DNA of 64,000 nucleotides from contig JBGATK010000002.1 of NCBI GenBank assembly GCA_044229265.1, positions 15,092 through 79,091 on the forward strand, given 5' to 3'. The DNA is from Minisyncoccia bacterium (GTDB lineage: Bacteria; Patescibacteriota; Minisyncoccia; Phycocordibacterales; UBA9973). Below, piece after piece: positions 34,805 through 45,417 of the stretch; within the stretch, counting starts at the first letter, position 1, and every line of letters begins with the position of its first letter. Below the pieces are notes generated by a model. The model did not search any database, was not told the DNA's origin, and saw only the letters and a list, made by a program, of their open reading frames with translations. Both the position numbers and the translations under genes were made by a program.

Positions 34805-35566
34805 TTACAACATATCTAAACTTTTCAAAAATGTATTTAACTCTGCTCCTTCGATGCTTCTCCATTTACCGGCACCTAATTTTCCGAGTTCTATATTCAT
34901 AATCCTTACTCGTTTTAAATCTTTTACTTCTTGGAATACAGCACTGCACATACGCCTGATCTGATGTTTTTTGCCTTCAGTTAAAATTATTTTAAATAAA
35001 GTTTCGTTTAAAATTTGTATTTTGCAAGGTTTTATTTTTTCTCCTTCTATAGTAGTTAGTGATTCTATGTTGTTTTTGAAACTAGTTCGAAGGCGATTTG
35101 CTGTTTTTACTACGTATTCTTTTTCGTGCATGAATTCTGGGCCTAAGAGTCTCTCTGTAATGCGCCCATCATTAGTGAGGATAATTAATCCATGTGAATC
35201 TTTGTCGAGCCTGCCGATAGGAAATACACCCTGTAATTCTTTACTTTTAGGAAGTTCATCCTCGATATCTTTGTCTTTATTTTGCGCTGAGTGTGTAACT
35301 ATGCCGATAGGTTTATTGTAAGCAAAGTACAAATATGGCTTTACCTTGCCACGAAACCTCACCTCTACATTGTCGCTCTCTTGAACCTTGTCGCCAAGTA
35401 CCGCCTTTCTGCCATTTAGAAAAACCTTGCCTTCATTAATGAGCTCATCTGCTCCGCGCCTCGTAGAGTGCTTTTTCCATGCCAAGTATTTATTTATCCG
35501 TACACCTACTTTGGTATCGCTTTTTTGGTTCTGCTGTACGTGTGTCTTATTATTGTCTTTTTTCAT
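34805..35566 (-). CDS. RsuA/RluB-family pseudouridine synthase (S4 + PseudoU_synth_2)
   Basis: S4 segment YLAWKKHSTRRGADELINEGKVFLNGRKAV; catalytic FPIGRLDKDSHGLIILTNDG; start set at internal Met (ORF-track start 35701 runs into neighbouring gene). Confidence 0.75.
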   Translation of the reverse strand: MKKDNNKTHVQQNQKSDTKVGVRINKYLAWKKHSTRRGADELINEGKVFLNGRKAVLGDKVQESDNVEVRFRGKVKPYLYFAYNKPIGIVTHSAQNKDKDIEDELPKSKELQGVFPIGRLDKDSHGLIILTNDGRITERLLGPEFMHEKEYVVKTANRLRTSFKNNIESLTTIEGEKIKPCKIQILNETLFKIILTEGKKHQIRRMCSAVFQEVKDLKRVRIMNIELGKLGAGKWRSIEGAELNTFLKSLDML

Positions 35567-35757
35567 ATAGTAAATTTGTTTTATAATAATTATTAGAAAA
35601 GCAGAATAATACCAAAGTAGGTGTTTGGATTGATCCGCATTGGATACGTTATTTTTTCTTCTTTCATTTATGCAGTATACCCCAACACTTAAAATATTCA
35701 TAATTTTAAGTGTGTGGGTATAGCATTAATCTCTTTATTTTGTTATGCTCATTAAAT

Positions 35758-37251
35758 ATGGCAAAAGAGGAAACGGTCCTGCGATTTGAGAGAGTCAATT
35801 TTGAATATGGCCACAATAAACCCATCTTGGATGAGGTTTCTTTTTCTGTGCGAAAGGGAAGCAAGATAACTATCATGGGGCAAAATGGTGCGGGCAAGAG
35901 TACTATCTTTGGACTTATCACTCGCGCACTTAATCCAGAAGATGGCAATGTAATCATAGGTAATAAATATAGCATCGCAATTTCCAAGCAAGTAATACCT
36001 AGAGAAGATATGGAGCTAACAGTTAGAGATTTTTTCCATAAATGTTTAGTGGGTGATGATAAAAATAAAAAAATTTACGACATTGATCCTCGCATTGATG
36101 ATGTGCTCGAAGTTGTGAATTTGAGGGGCCATACAAAAGTACACGATAGAATAATCAAAACATTTTCTGGTGGTCAGCAAGCGCGCATTTTACTAGCCTC
36201 AGCACTGATCCAAGATCCAGACATTTTACTTCTCGATGAGCCTACTAACAACTTAGACTCTGCTGGTATTGCGCACCTGACAGACTTTCTTAAAAATTAT
36301 AATAAAACTGTATTAGTGATTTCCCACGATGCGGATTTCTTAAATGCTTTTACAGATGGAGTTTTGTATTTAGATATTCATACTCTCAAAGTTGAGCAAT
36401 ATGTAGGTAATTATAAAAATGTATTAAAAGATATCACTGCTCGAGTAGAAAGGGAGAATATGAAAAATGCTCAACTTGCAAAAGAAATTCAAGCCAAGAA
36501 AGATCAAGCAAATGTTTTTGCTCATAAGGGCGGAGGTCTTCGTTTGGTGGCGCGTCGCATGCGTGAGAAAGCAGAAGAATTGGAAGATGAGATGGTGGAT
36601 GTGCGCAAAGAAGATAAAACCATTCGTCCATTTATTATTCCACATCAGGAAGATCTACAAGGAGAAATTATTTCCATAGAATCTTTTACTACACTAAATA
36701 ATAAAACTGGCAAAGAAGTAAAACACAAAATAAGTATAAAGCTCAAGAAAAATCAACACTTATTTTTGCAAGGACCAAATGGTATCGGTAAGAGTACCTT
36801 ACTAGAGAGGCTCGCAAGTGGAAAGGCAGAAGGTGCGAAAATTCAGGAAGGCGTGCGAGTTGGATACTACAGGCAAGATTTTTCTACACTAAATTTTAAC
36901 GACACAGTAAAAGAATCTTTATCGAAAGTTCTTCTTGAAGTAACTGGTAAAATAGATGAAGAATATATGCGTTCTGTAGCTGCGAATTTTCTTATCACAA
37001 GTGATATCATAAATACAAAAATTGGCGCTCTCTCTGAAGGGCAAAAAGGCCTAGTGGCTTTTGCTAGGCTTGTGCTCGAGCGACCTGGACTACTCATACT
37101 CGATGAACCAACAAATCATATAAATTTTAGACACTTACCTATAATCGCAGACGCTATAGATAAATACAAAGGCGCTTTGATCTTAGTGTCTCACGTAAAA
37201 GAATTTGTAGAAAAAATTCGTATAGACGAGACTCTCGATTTGGATCAATAA
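35758..37251 (+). CDS. ABC-F family ATPase (tandem ABC domains, EttA/Uup-like translation factor)
   Basis: two Walker A (GQNGAGKST; GPNGIGKST), two signature motifs (SGGQQARI; SEGQKGLV), no TM domains; ATG at 35758. Confidence 0.8.
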   Translation: MAKEETVLRFERVNFEYGHNKPILDEVSFSVRKGSKITIMGQNGAGKSTIFGLITRALNPEDGNVIIGNKYSIAISKQVIPREDMELTVRDFFHKCLVGDDKNKKIYDIDPRIDDVLEVVNLRGHTKVHDRIIKTFSGGQQARILLASALIQDPDILLLDEPTNNLDSAGIAHLTDFLKNYNKTVLVISHDADFLNAFTDGVLYLDIHTLKVEQYVGNYKNVLKDITARVERENMKNAQLAKEIQAKKDQANVFAHKGGGLRLVARRMREKAEELEDEMVDVRKEDKTIRPFIIPHQEDLQGEIISIESFTTLNNKTGKEVKHKISIKLKKNQHLFLQGPNGIGKSTLLERLASGKAEGAKIQEGVRVGYYRQDFSTLNFNDTVKESLSKVLLEVTGKIDEEYMRSVAANFLITSDIINTKIGALSEGQKGLVAFARLVLERPGLLILDEPTNHINFRHLPIIADAIDKYKGALILVSHVKEFVEKIRIDETLDLDQ

Positions 37252-37335
37252 TGATATATCATATCTATTTATTGATATATGTGTTATACTATATATATAG
37301 TCGCTTTAAATATGTTTTCTAAAATCTAAAATTAT

Positions 37336-37455
37336 ATGGATACACAAGAAATAAAAGTAGAAGGTACAGAAGTTGCTGAGCAAATGCCTGCAGAAGAAAC
37401 TACTCCTGAAATGCCAGCTGAAGAAGTTGCACCAGAAGAAGCTCCTGCGCAATAA
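37336..37455 (+). CDS. small acidic Glu/Pro/Ala-rich protein (39 aa)
   Basis: ORF MDTQEIKVEGTEVAEQMPAEETTPEMPAEEVAPEEAPAQ directly followed by strong terminator. Confidence 0.3.
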   Translation: MDTQEIKVEGTEVAEQMPAEETTPEMPAEEVAPEEAPAQ

Positions 37456-37469
37456 TAAATTGCTTTAAT

Positions 37470-37504
37470 AAAAAAAGACCTAATTTTCTAGGTCTTTTTT
37501 TATT
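37470..37504 (+). terminator. rho-independent terminator
   Basis: agaccta-attttc-taggtct then T9. Confidence 0.75.
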
Positions 37505-37532
37505 TTATGAATTATGTTATAATTAACGTATT

Positions 37533-38435
37533 ATGAAAAATATAGCATTTAAGTTAATTTTCGTTTTTATTTTAATATTTAGTTTTTCATTTGCAAATCA
37601 AACTTTTGCTCAAAATTCGACTGTAAATTACTCACAAACAAATTATGTTTTTAATAATCGTATTTCCAAGGGTGCAAGGGGAAATGCTGTTTGTGCTTTA
37701 CAATTACATTTAATTAAAGCAGGGTATCTAAAAATTCCTTCACCAACTTGTATTTTTGGACCACTTACTACTACAGCCCTTAAGAATTTTCAACAAAATA
37801 ATAATATCGCACCAGTAGGTTCAGTTGGACCGCAAACTCGTGCATTATTAAATAATTTAAACAGTGCAAATAATTCTACCAATACTGCTACTAATACAAA
37901 TACTTCTTCTTCTACTACTACTTCTAACATTACAACTACAACTAATAATACAAATACAAATACAGCAACATCTAGTAATACTGTAGTTTCAAATTCTACT
38001 CCAACTACACCTTCTACACCGAATACTCCTTCTACTCCAAATATTCCAAATACTCCAAACGCACCAACTCCAATAACTTGTAATGGCACAGCTCCTACAC
38101 TAACCGTCGTACATCCAAATGGAGGAGAAGTTTTTAATGCTGGAAGTCAGGTAGATGTAAAATGGGATTATACTTGCCCTAATTTATTACCAACAGTGAG
38201 TCTATTTTTAGAATATAGTAATCCAGCATTACCTACTTTTGTGCCAACTGTATATCAAATATTACTTAATACTCGAAATGATGGTGCTGAAACAATTACT
38301 TTGCCATTCATAAACAGAACATCACAAGCTGGGCCATTTTACATTTTGACTATTACAGATGGCACTGCTCCTTACTTTGGTTCACCTCTACCGACAGTTA
38401 TAGATTCTTCAAACGCTCAATTTACAATTCAATAA
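37533..38435 (+). CDS. secreted protein with peptidoglycan-binding-like domain, Thr/Asn/Ser/Pro-rich linker and C-terminal beta domain
   Basis: signal peptide; RGNAVCALQLHLIKAGYL...GPLTTTALKNFQ PG_binding_1-like; TNTATNTNTSSSTTTSN and PSTPNTPSTPNIPNTPNAPTP low complexity; extended -10 TGtTATAAT 9 nt upstream. Confidence 0.55.
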   Translation: MKNIAFKLIFVFILIFSFSFANQTFAQNSTVNYSQTNYVFNNRISKGARGNAVCALQLHLIKAGYLKIPSPTCIFGPLTTTALKNFQQNNNIAPVGSVGPQTRALLNNLNSANNSTNTATNTNTSSSTTTSNITTTTNNTNTNTATSSNTVVSNSTPTTPSTPNTPSTPNIPNTPNAPTPITCNGTAPTLTVVHPNGGEVFNAGSQVDVKWDYTCPNLLPTVSLFLEYSNPALPTFVPTVYQILLNTRNDGAETITLPFINRTSQAGPFYILTITDGTAPYFGSPLPTVIDSSNAQFTIQ

Positions 38436-38447
38436 TTTTATAAATTA

Positions 38448-39050
38448 ATGGATATTTTAGCTCATACTCTTTGGGCAAATGCAGGGGCGAGAGGCGCTAA
38501 GGCGTTGGCCGAGAAATTAGATAAGTCCCGACGCCCAGAGGGGTCGGGATCCCGACCGAAAACGTCGGGGTTTAAAATTTCTATTTTTTGGACAGGATTT
38601 TTTGGTGTAGCTCCGGACTTTTTTGCTTTCACTATTCCGTTCTTTATTGGGATTTATAATCTGCTTTTTAATCCCGCTTTTGAAGGTGGTTTTGGAAGTC
38701 ATCATATAAAAATAGATGGTTTTGATTTGGCTGCATATCTATATCAATTTTCTCACTCTATTGTTATATTTGCACTTGTATTTATTTTAGTTTGGGTTAT
38801 TTATAAACGTCCACGCTGGGAACTTTTTGGTTGGCTACTTCATATACTAATAGACATACCTTCTCATTCTGTTCAATTTTATCCGACCCCCTTTCTCTTT
38901 CCAATTTCTGAATATCGTTTTCCCTATGGAATATCTTGGGCAAATACTTGGTATATGATTATAAACTATAGCGCGCTTGCATTAGTTTGGTCCACGATTC
39001 TAGTTAAAAAAATGAGAGAAAAGAAATTGAAAAATAAAAGTATGATATAA
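38448..39050 (+). CDS. YdjM-like (DUF457) membrane-bound metal-dependent hydrolase with apparent in-frame ~90-nt GC-rich insertion after the N-terminal His motif
   Basis: MDILAHTLWANAG start and APDFF (PDxD-like) motif flank hydrophilic ARGAKALAEKLDKSRRPEGSGSRPKTSG encoded by the palindromic element. Confidence 0.45.
   Translation: MDILAHTLWANAGARGAKALAEKLDKSRRPEGSGSRPKTSGFKISIFWTGFFGVAPDFFAFTIPFFIGIYNLLFNPAFEGGFGSHHIKIDGFDLAAYLYQFSHSIVIFALVFILVWVIYKRPRWELFGWLLHILIDIPSHSVQFYPTPFLFPISEYRFPYGISWANTWYMIINYSALALVWSTILVKKMREKKLKNKSMI
38526..38570. repeat. GC-rich nested palindrome, copy 2 (inside coding sequence)
   Basis: tcccgacg...ggtcgggatcccgacc (16-bp perfect palindrome)...cgtcgggg. Confidence 0.7.
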
Positions 39051-39277
39051 TTAAATTATTATAAAAATAATTAATTCCACATTGTGGAGTATATAAATTT
39101 TATGGCAAAAGGAACTGGTGCTCGCAAAGAAAAAAAGAAACCAAAGAAGAGTAAATAGTATTTATAAAAAACGGAAGGAAACTTCCGTTTTTTATGTAAT
39201 TTTAAAGACTTTTTATGCTTTTCTGTATATAAAATTATACCCTATAAAATAAGGATAAATAATAGCTAGGTAAAGGC

Positions 39278-39306
39278 TTGACTTTGATTTTGACTTCGTA
39301 TATACT
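39278..39306 (+). promoter_or_regulatory. sigma70-type promoter for 16S rRNA: TTGACT - 17 bp - TATACT
   Basis: near-consensus -35 and -10 with optimal 17-bp spacer about 310 nt upstream of mature 16S 5' end. Confidence 0.6.
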
Positions 39307-39394
39307 AATCCAGCGTCTAATCCACTTTGGATATGGCGTTTTTGTTTAAGCAAGTGCTAAGCAAACACCTTGAAAATCAAATGAATTAATTAAA

Positions 39395-39461
39395 CCCACA
39401 CACTTACTTTATTATTGACTCTGTCATTGCGCAAAGCGCGATAATAAAGTAAGTGTGTGGG
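39395..39461 (+). other. perfect 21-bp-stem hairpin in 16S leader (processing/antitermination-like structure)
   Basis: cccacacacttactttattat ... ataataaagtaagtgtgtggg with 25-nt loop containing gcgcaaagcgc mini-hairpin. Confidence 0.5.
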
Positions 39462-39618
39462 TAAATTGAGAACCCCGACATTTCAAGTCGGGAAGCAAGT
39501 CTCAAAATGTTTCTAAAATAATAATTTCTAGAGCAGGATCAAATTGTGAACTCTGCAAAAAACTACCGAGCCTTTGGGCGAGGTGAATCTGTTTTTTGTT
39601 TTGTTCCATTCTAACTTT

Positions 39619-41228
<1,610 letters not shown>

Positions 41229-41495
41229 TTTTGAAATATCTCACTTTTTATTAAGTGGGTGATCGAGTCGATCTTTTGTGCCACAATTGAGCACAAAAGA
41301 GTTTGGTTAAACTTAAAACAACATGACATTTGGAAAGACAAAAAACAATAAAGTTTCCTTCGTCGCTAAAGCTATGAAGGATAAGAATGGAACAAAACAA
41401 AGAACATATTCAATGTTTTCTCTAAAAGAAAAACTCTTCGCAAGAAGGGTTTTTCTTTTTACTGATTTTTAATTTTTGTTGTATAATATATGTAT

Positions 41496-42377
41496 ATGAA
41501 AATTGGAATACTTCGTGGAGGAGAAGAAAATTATGAAGACTCTGTAAATAAAGGAGGTAAATATATTTTGCATATTTTTGAAAAGATGCCTGAATATAAA
41601 GCTGTAGATATTTTTATTGATAAAAATAATGCTTGGCACTTATCCGGATTACCTACGAATCCTTCGCAAATATTTAAAGAGGTTGATCTGGTTTACAATG
41701 TAGCTCATCCTTCTTTTGGAAAAATGCTTGAGAATTTTGGAATAAAAGTTGTGGGTCCGTCATCATTTTCTTTTGGACTTACTCATCAGCGTCCGCTTCT
41801 TCAAAATTATTTAAAACAAATTGGGGTAAATATGCCACGCACTATATTATTACCTGTTTTTCAAAAAGATATAGATATAGATTTAGAAGATTATATAAAT
41901 AAAAAATCTAGAGAAGTTTTTGAAAAATTTGGTGCACCTTATATAGTACGCGCATTAAACCATAGTAAAATGGTGGGCATACACGTAGCTAGAACTTATC
42001 CAGAATTAATAAATGCAATTCGTGATGTTCTCTCTCACGGCGAAAGTGTTTTGATAGAAGAAATGATTTCTGGTAAAGTTTTTTCAGCACACACAGTTGC
42101 TAATTTTAAAAATGAAAATATCTATGCATTACCACTTTCTGGTTATAAACATAAAGAGAAAGATAATATTTTAGATATAGCAAAAAAATTGCATCAGCAT
42201 TTAGACGCAGGTCCTTATTTAAAATCCGATTTTGTGATTCATCCAAAACGCGGAATTTTCTGTATTAATGTGGATTTACATCCAAATATAAAAGAAGATT
42301 CTAATTTTTGTAAGAATTGTAATGAGATAGGGTTAAGTCCAAGCATGATTCTCGAACACTTTTTTCAAAAAGCTTAG
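41496..42377 (+). CDS. D-alanine--D-alanine ligase-like ATP-grasp enzyme
   Basis: MKIGILRGGEENYEDSVNKG N-terminal Ddl-like pattern; ATP-grasp-like C-terminal half; TATAAT 8 nt upstream of this ATG (ORF-track start 41490). Confidence 0.55.
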   Translation: MKIGILRGGEENYEDSVNKGGKYILHIFEKMPEYKAVDIFIDKNNAWHLSGLPTNPSQIFKEVDLVYNVAHPSFGKMLENFGIKVVGPSSFSFGLTHQRPLLQNYLKQIGVNMPRTILLPVFQKDIDIDLEDYINKKSREVFEKFGAPYIVRALNHSKMVGIHVARTYPELINAIRDVLSHGESVLIEEMISGKVFSAHTVANFKNENIYALPLSGYKHKEKDNILDIAKKLHQHLDAGPYLKSDFVIHPKRGIFCINVDLHPNIKEDSNFCKNCNEIGLSPSMILEHFFQKA

Positions 42378-42497
42378 TGTGCTATACTAGGAAAAGTATT
42401 TTGTTTTTATCTATGGCAAGTCATCGCACTCACATAGGCACATATGTTGGAGGTTAGCCATGACTTGCCTTAAATGAAAACAAAATTAAAATAAATA

Positions 42498-42537
42498 AAA
42501 AAAATTCTTTAGAAAATTTTCTAAAGAATTTTTTTTA
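42498..42537. terminator. bidirectional terminator (perfect palindrome ttctttagaaaattttctaaagaa flanked by A and T runs)
   Basis: 12-bp arms, A6 upstream and T8 downstream. Confidence 0.7.
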
Positions 42538-42730
42538 TTTATTAGTTATCCACATTTCTGTGAAAAAAATATTGTATTTTATTTTTTTATGCGCGATAAT
42601 TATAATGTAAGTTTGTAATAATTATTTCAAAATATTTTACACTTTTATTTTTAAAGAAAATATTTTTGAGGTCGGATTATTTCAAATTAATTTAATAAAA
42701 TAATTTGCGTTGCGTACGCACAAAAATAAT

Positions 42731-42817
42731 ATGGCAGCAAAAAAGAAAGCAGCTAAAAAGACAACAAAGAAAGTTGTAAAGAAAGCAGCAAAAAAGACTA
42801 CAAAGAAGCGAGCATAA
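42731..42817 (+). CDS. 28-aa Lys/Ala-rich basic peptide (histone H1-tail-like)
   Basis: MAAKKKAAKKTTKKVVKKAAKKTTKKRA; strong terminator 42834-42878 immediately after; 10-bp palindrome tgcgtacgca 11 bp upstream. Confidence 0.3.
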   Translation: MAAKKKAAKKTTKKVVKKAAKKTTKKRA

Positions 42818-42833
42818 TCCTTCTTGTTCTCAC

Positions 42834-42878
42834 TTGCAAAATCCTCCGCCTTACGGCGGGGGATTTTGCTTTTTGTAG
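42834..42878 (+). terminator. rho-independent terminator
   Basis: gcaaaatcctccgcc-ttac-ggcgggggattttgc then T5. Confidence 0.7.
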
Positions 42879-42912
42879 AAAAAAGACGAATTTTATGTTA
42901 ATATATACTTCT

Positions 42913-45399
42913 ATGAGTTTAATCAAGAAATTATTTGGAGATACTAGTAGTAGTTTTATAGCTAAAAACAAAGGCTTTTTAAAAAAGATAGCTGATCTTG
43001 AAGAGAGTATTATTGCTCTAAAAGATGAAGATTTTCCTAAAAAAACTCTAGAATTCAAAGATAAATTAAAAAATGGTACTAAATTAGAAGATATCTTACC
43101 GGAAGCTTTTGCGCTCGTGCGTGAAGCCGCCAAGAGGTGCTTGAATGAGCGTCATTATGATGTTCAGCTTATTGGTGGTATGGCACTTAATGCTGGAAAA
43201 ATTGCTGAAATGAAAACAGGTGAAGGTAAAACTCTGGTAGCTACACTTTCTGCATATCTAAATGCTCTTGAAGGTAAGGGTGTGCACGTTATCACTGTGA
43301 ATGATTACCTCGCTCGACGCGACGCGGTCCTCATGGGGCAAGTTTATAATTTCCTCGGACTTTCTGTAGGTATAATAAATTCTCAAAATGTTTCTTATTT
43401 ATATGATGAAAAACATTTAACACAAGAAGAAGAAAAAATTGACGATGAGAATCGTGATAAAACTGGTGAATTTAAAATTGTTTATGATTTCTTGAAGCCG
43501 TCTACACGCAAACAAGCTTACGAGGCTGACATTACTTATGGTACAAATCATGAATATGGTTTTGATTATTTGCGTGATAATTTAGCAACTTCAGCTTCTC
43601 TGATGGTTCAACGCGGACAGCATTATGCAATAGTGGATGAAGTGGATTCTATATTGATAGATGAAGCCCGTACTCCACTTATCATATCTACACCAGCTGA
43701 AGAGTCTGATGAATTTTACAGAAGGTTTGCTGAAATTGCTAAAGGTATGGCCCGCGATGAAGATTATACAGTGGACGAAAAGTTGAAAGCAATTCAATTA
43801 ACTCAAAATGGTATTACTAAAGCTGAAAGTGCTCTCGGTATCGATAATATTTACACAGAAAAAGGTATAAAATATGTGCATCATTTAGAAACAGCAGTAA
43901 AAGCACGTGCTATTTTTGAACGCGATAGAGATTATGTTCTAAAAGATGGCGAAGTTGTAATCGTGGATCCTTTTACAGGGCGCATGCAACCAGGGCGCCG
44001 TTGGAGCGAAGGTGTGCATCAAGCCATCGAAGCTAAAGAAGGTGTAAAAATAGAAAAAGAAACTCGCTCTGCAGGTTCTATTACGTATCAAAATTATTTT
44101 CGTATGTATAAAAAACTTTCTGGTATGACAGGAACAGCAGAAACTTCAGCAGAAGAATTTTTAAAAGTTTACGGACTCGACGTTATCGTGATTCCTACTC
44201 ATAGACCTGTATCACGTATAGATAGGTCTGATCTTATTTTTCAAACCGAACAAGGTAAATTTAAAGCCATAGCACAGAAGATCAAAGAACTCAGTGAAAA
44301 AGGTCAGCCGGTTCTGGTGGGAACTATATCTATAGAAAAAAATGAATTACTTTCTGAATATTTGAAAGCTCTCGGTGTAAAGCATACTATTTTGAATGCT
44401 AAAAATCACGAGCAAGAGGGCGAGATCATAGCCCAAGCAGGGCGCTACGGTGCAGTAACTATAGCTACAAACATGGCAGGTCGTGGTATCGACATCAAGC
44501 TTGGAGGAAATCCAATAGTCAAAGAAGAATATGAAAAAGTAAAAGCTGTGGGCGGACTCTATGTCCTCGGGACCGAGCGTCATGAAGCGCGTCGTATTGA
44601 TAACCAGCTTCGTGGACGTTCTGGCCGTCAAGGTGATCCGGGTGAGACTCAATTTTTCGTATCTCTTGAAGATGATTTGATGCGTGTTTTCGGCGCAGAT
44701 AGAATAAAGAATATGATGGGTAGATTCGGTATTCCTGAAGACCAACCGATAACAAATGGTATGGTCAATAGAACCTTAGAAGGTGCTCAAGCGAAAATTG
44801 AAGGCTTTCATTTTGATTCTCGTAAACATACACTCGAATACGACGATGTTATGAATCATCAACGCAGGATAGTTTACGAACGCCGTCAGAAAATGCTTCT
44901 TGCTGATAGGGAAGAGATGGAAAAATTACTTGCAAATTTAGCAAATGATTTTGAAGGTTTTGCCGAAGCTGAAAAAGAAAAAAGAGAAAAATTAGGCGAA
45001 GAAAACTTTTTTGAAACTGTGCGTCGCATTGCGCTTTATACTAATGACACACTTTGGATGGAACATTTAGAACAAATGGATTACCTCCGTAGTTCTGTAA
45101 ACTTGCGTGCGTATGGACAGCGCGAGCCTATAGTAGAATACAAGAAAGAAGGATTACACCTTTTTAAAGCTATGGAATCAGCTTTTAGAATGCAAGTTGC
45201 AGATTTGATTCGTAATATAAATATCGAAAACGCTCAAAATCTAAAAGTGGAAGTAGAAAAACCAAAACAAACTTTAATATTAAATCAATCTGAAGCAAAG
45301 ATGGGTGGTATTAAAAATAACGATAAAGCTGAAGTAGGCCGAAACGACATGTGTCCATGTGGTAGTGGCAAAAAATACAAAAAATGCCACGGGGCGTAA
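42913..45399 (+). CDS. secA: Preprotein translocase ATPase SecA (with C-terminal zinc-binding CPCGSGKKYKKCHG)
   Basis: N-terminal LIKKLFG, DEAD-like motor motifs, KIAEMKTGEGKTLVA Walker A, C-terminal SecA zinc finger. Confidence 0.95.
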   Translation: MSLIKKLFGDTSSSFIAKNKGFLKKIADLEESIIALKDEDFPKKTLEFKDKLKNGTKLEDILPEAFALVREAAKRCLNERHYDVQLIGGMALNAGKIAEMKTGEGKTLVATLSAYLNALEGKGVHVITVNDYLARRDAVLMGQVYNFLGLSVGIINSQNVSYLYDEKHLTQEEEKIDDENRDKTGEFKIVYDFLKPSTRKQAYEADITYGTNHEYGFDYLRDNLATSASLMVQRGQHYAIVDEVDSILIDEARTPLIISTPAEESDEFYRRFAEIAKGMARDEDYTVDEKLKAIQLTQNGITKAESALGIDNIYTEKGIKYVHHLETAVKARAIFERDRDYVLKDGEVVIVDPFTGRMQPGRRWSEGVHQAIEAKEGVKIEKETRSAGSITYQNYFRMYKKLSGMTGTAETSAEEFLKVYGLDVIVIPTHRPVSRIDRSDLIFQTEQGKFKAIAQKIKELSEKGQPVLVGTISIEKNELLSEYLKALGVKHTILNAKNHEQEGEIIAQAGRYGAVTIATNMAGRGIDIKLGGNPIVKEEYEKVKAVGGLYVLGTERHEARRIDNQLRGRSGRQGDPGETQFFVSLEDDLMRVFGADRIKNMMGRFGIPEDQPITNGMVNRTLEGAQAKIEGFHFDSRKHTLEYDDVMNHQRRIVYERRQKMLLADREEMEKLLANLANDFEGFAEAEKEKREKLGEENFFETVRRIALYTNDTLWMEHLEQMDYLRSSVNLRAYGQREPIVEYKKEGLHLFKAMESAFRMQVADLIRNINIENAQNLKVEVEKPKQTLILNQSEAKMGGIKNNDKAEVGRNDMCPCGSGKKYKKCHGA

Positions 45400-45417
45400 A
45401 ATAATATAAATTTATTT

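Noticed and set aside
37860-38080. tandem short repeats (actaatac..., ccttctacaccgaatact...) that might suggest a repeat array or CRISPR
   Set aside because: they are in frame within a secreted protein gene and encode a TNTATNTNT / PSTPNTPSTPN low-complexity linker; no spacer-repeat periodicity
39108-39200. 17-codon ORF (MAKGTGARKEKKKPKKSK) followed by a good terminator just upstream of the rRNA promoter
   Set aside because: too short to support from sequence alone; retained only as a note
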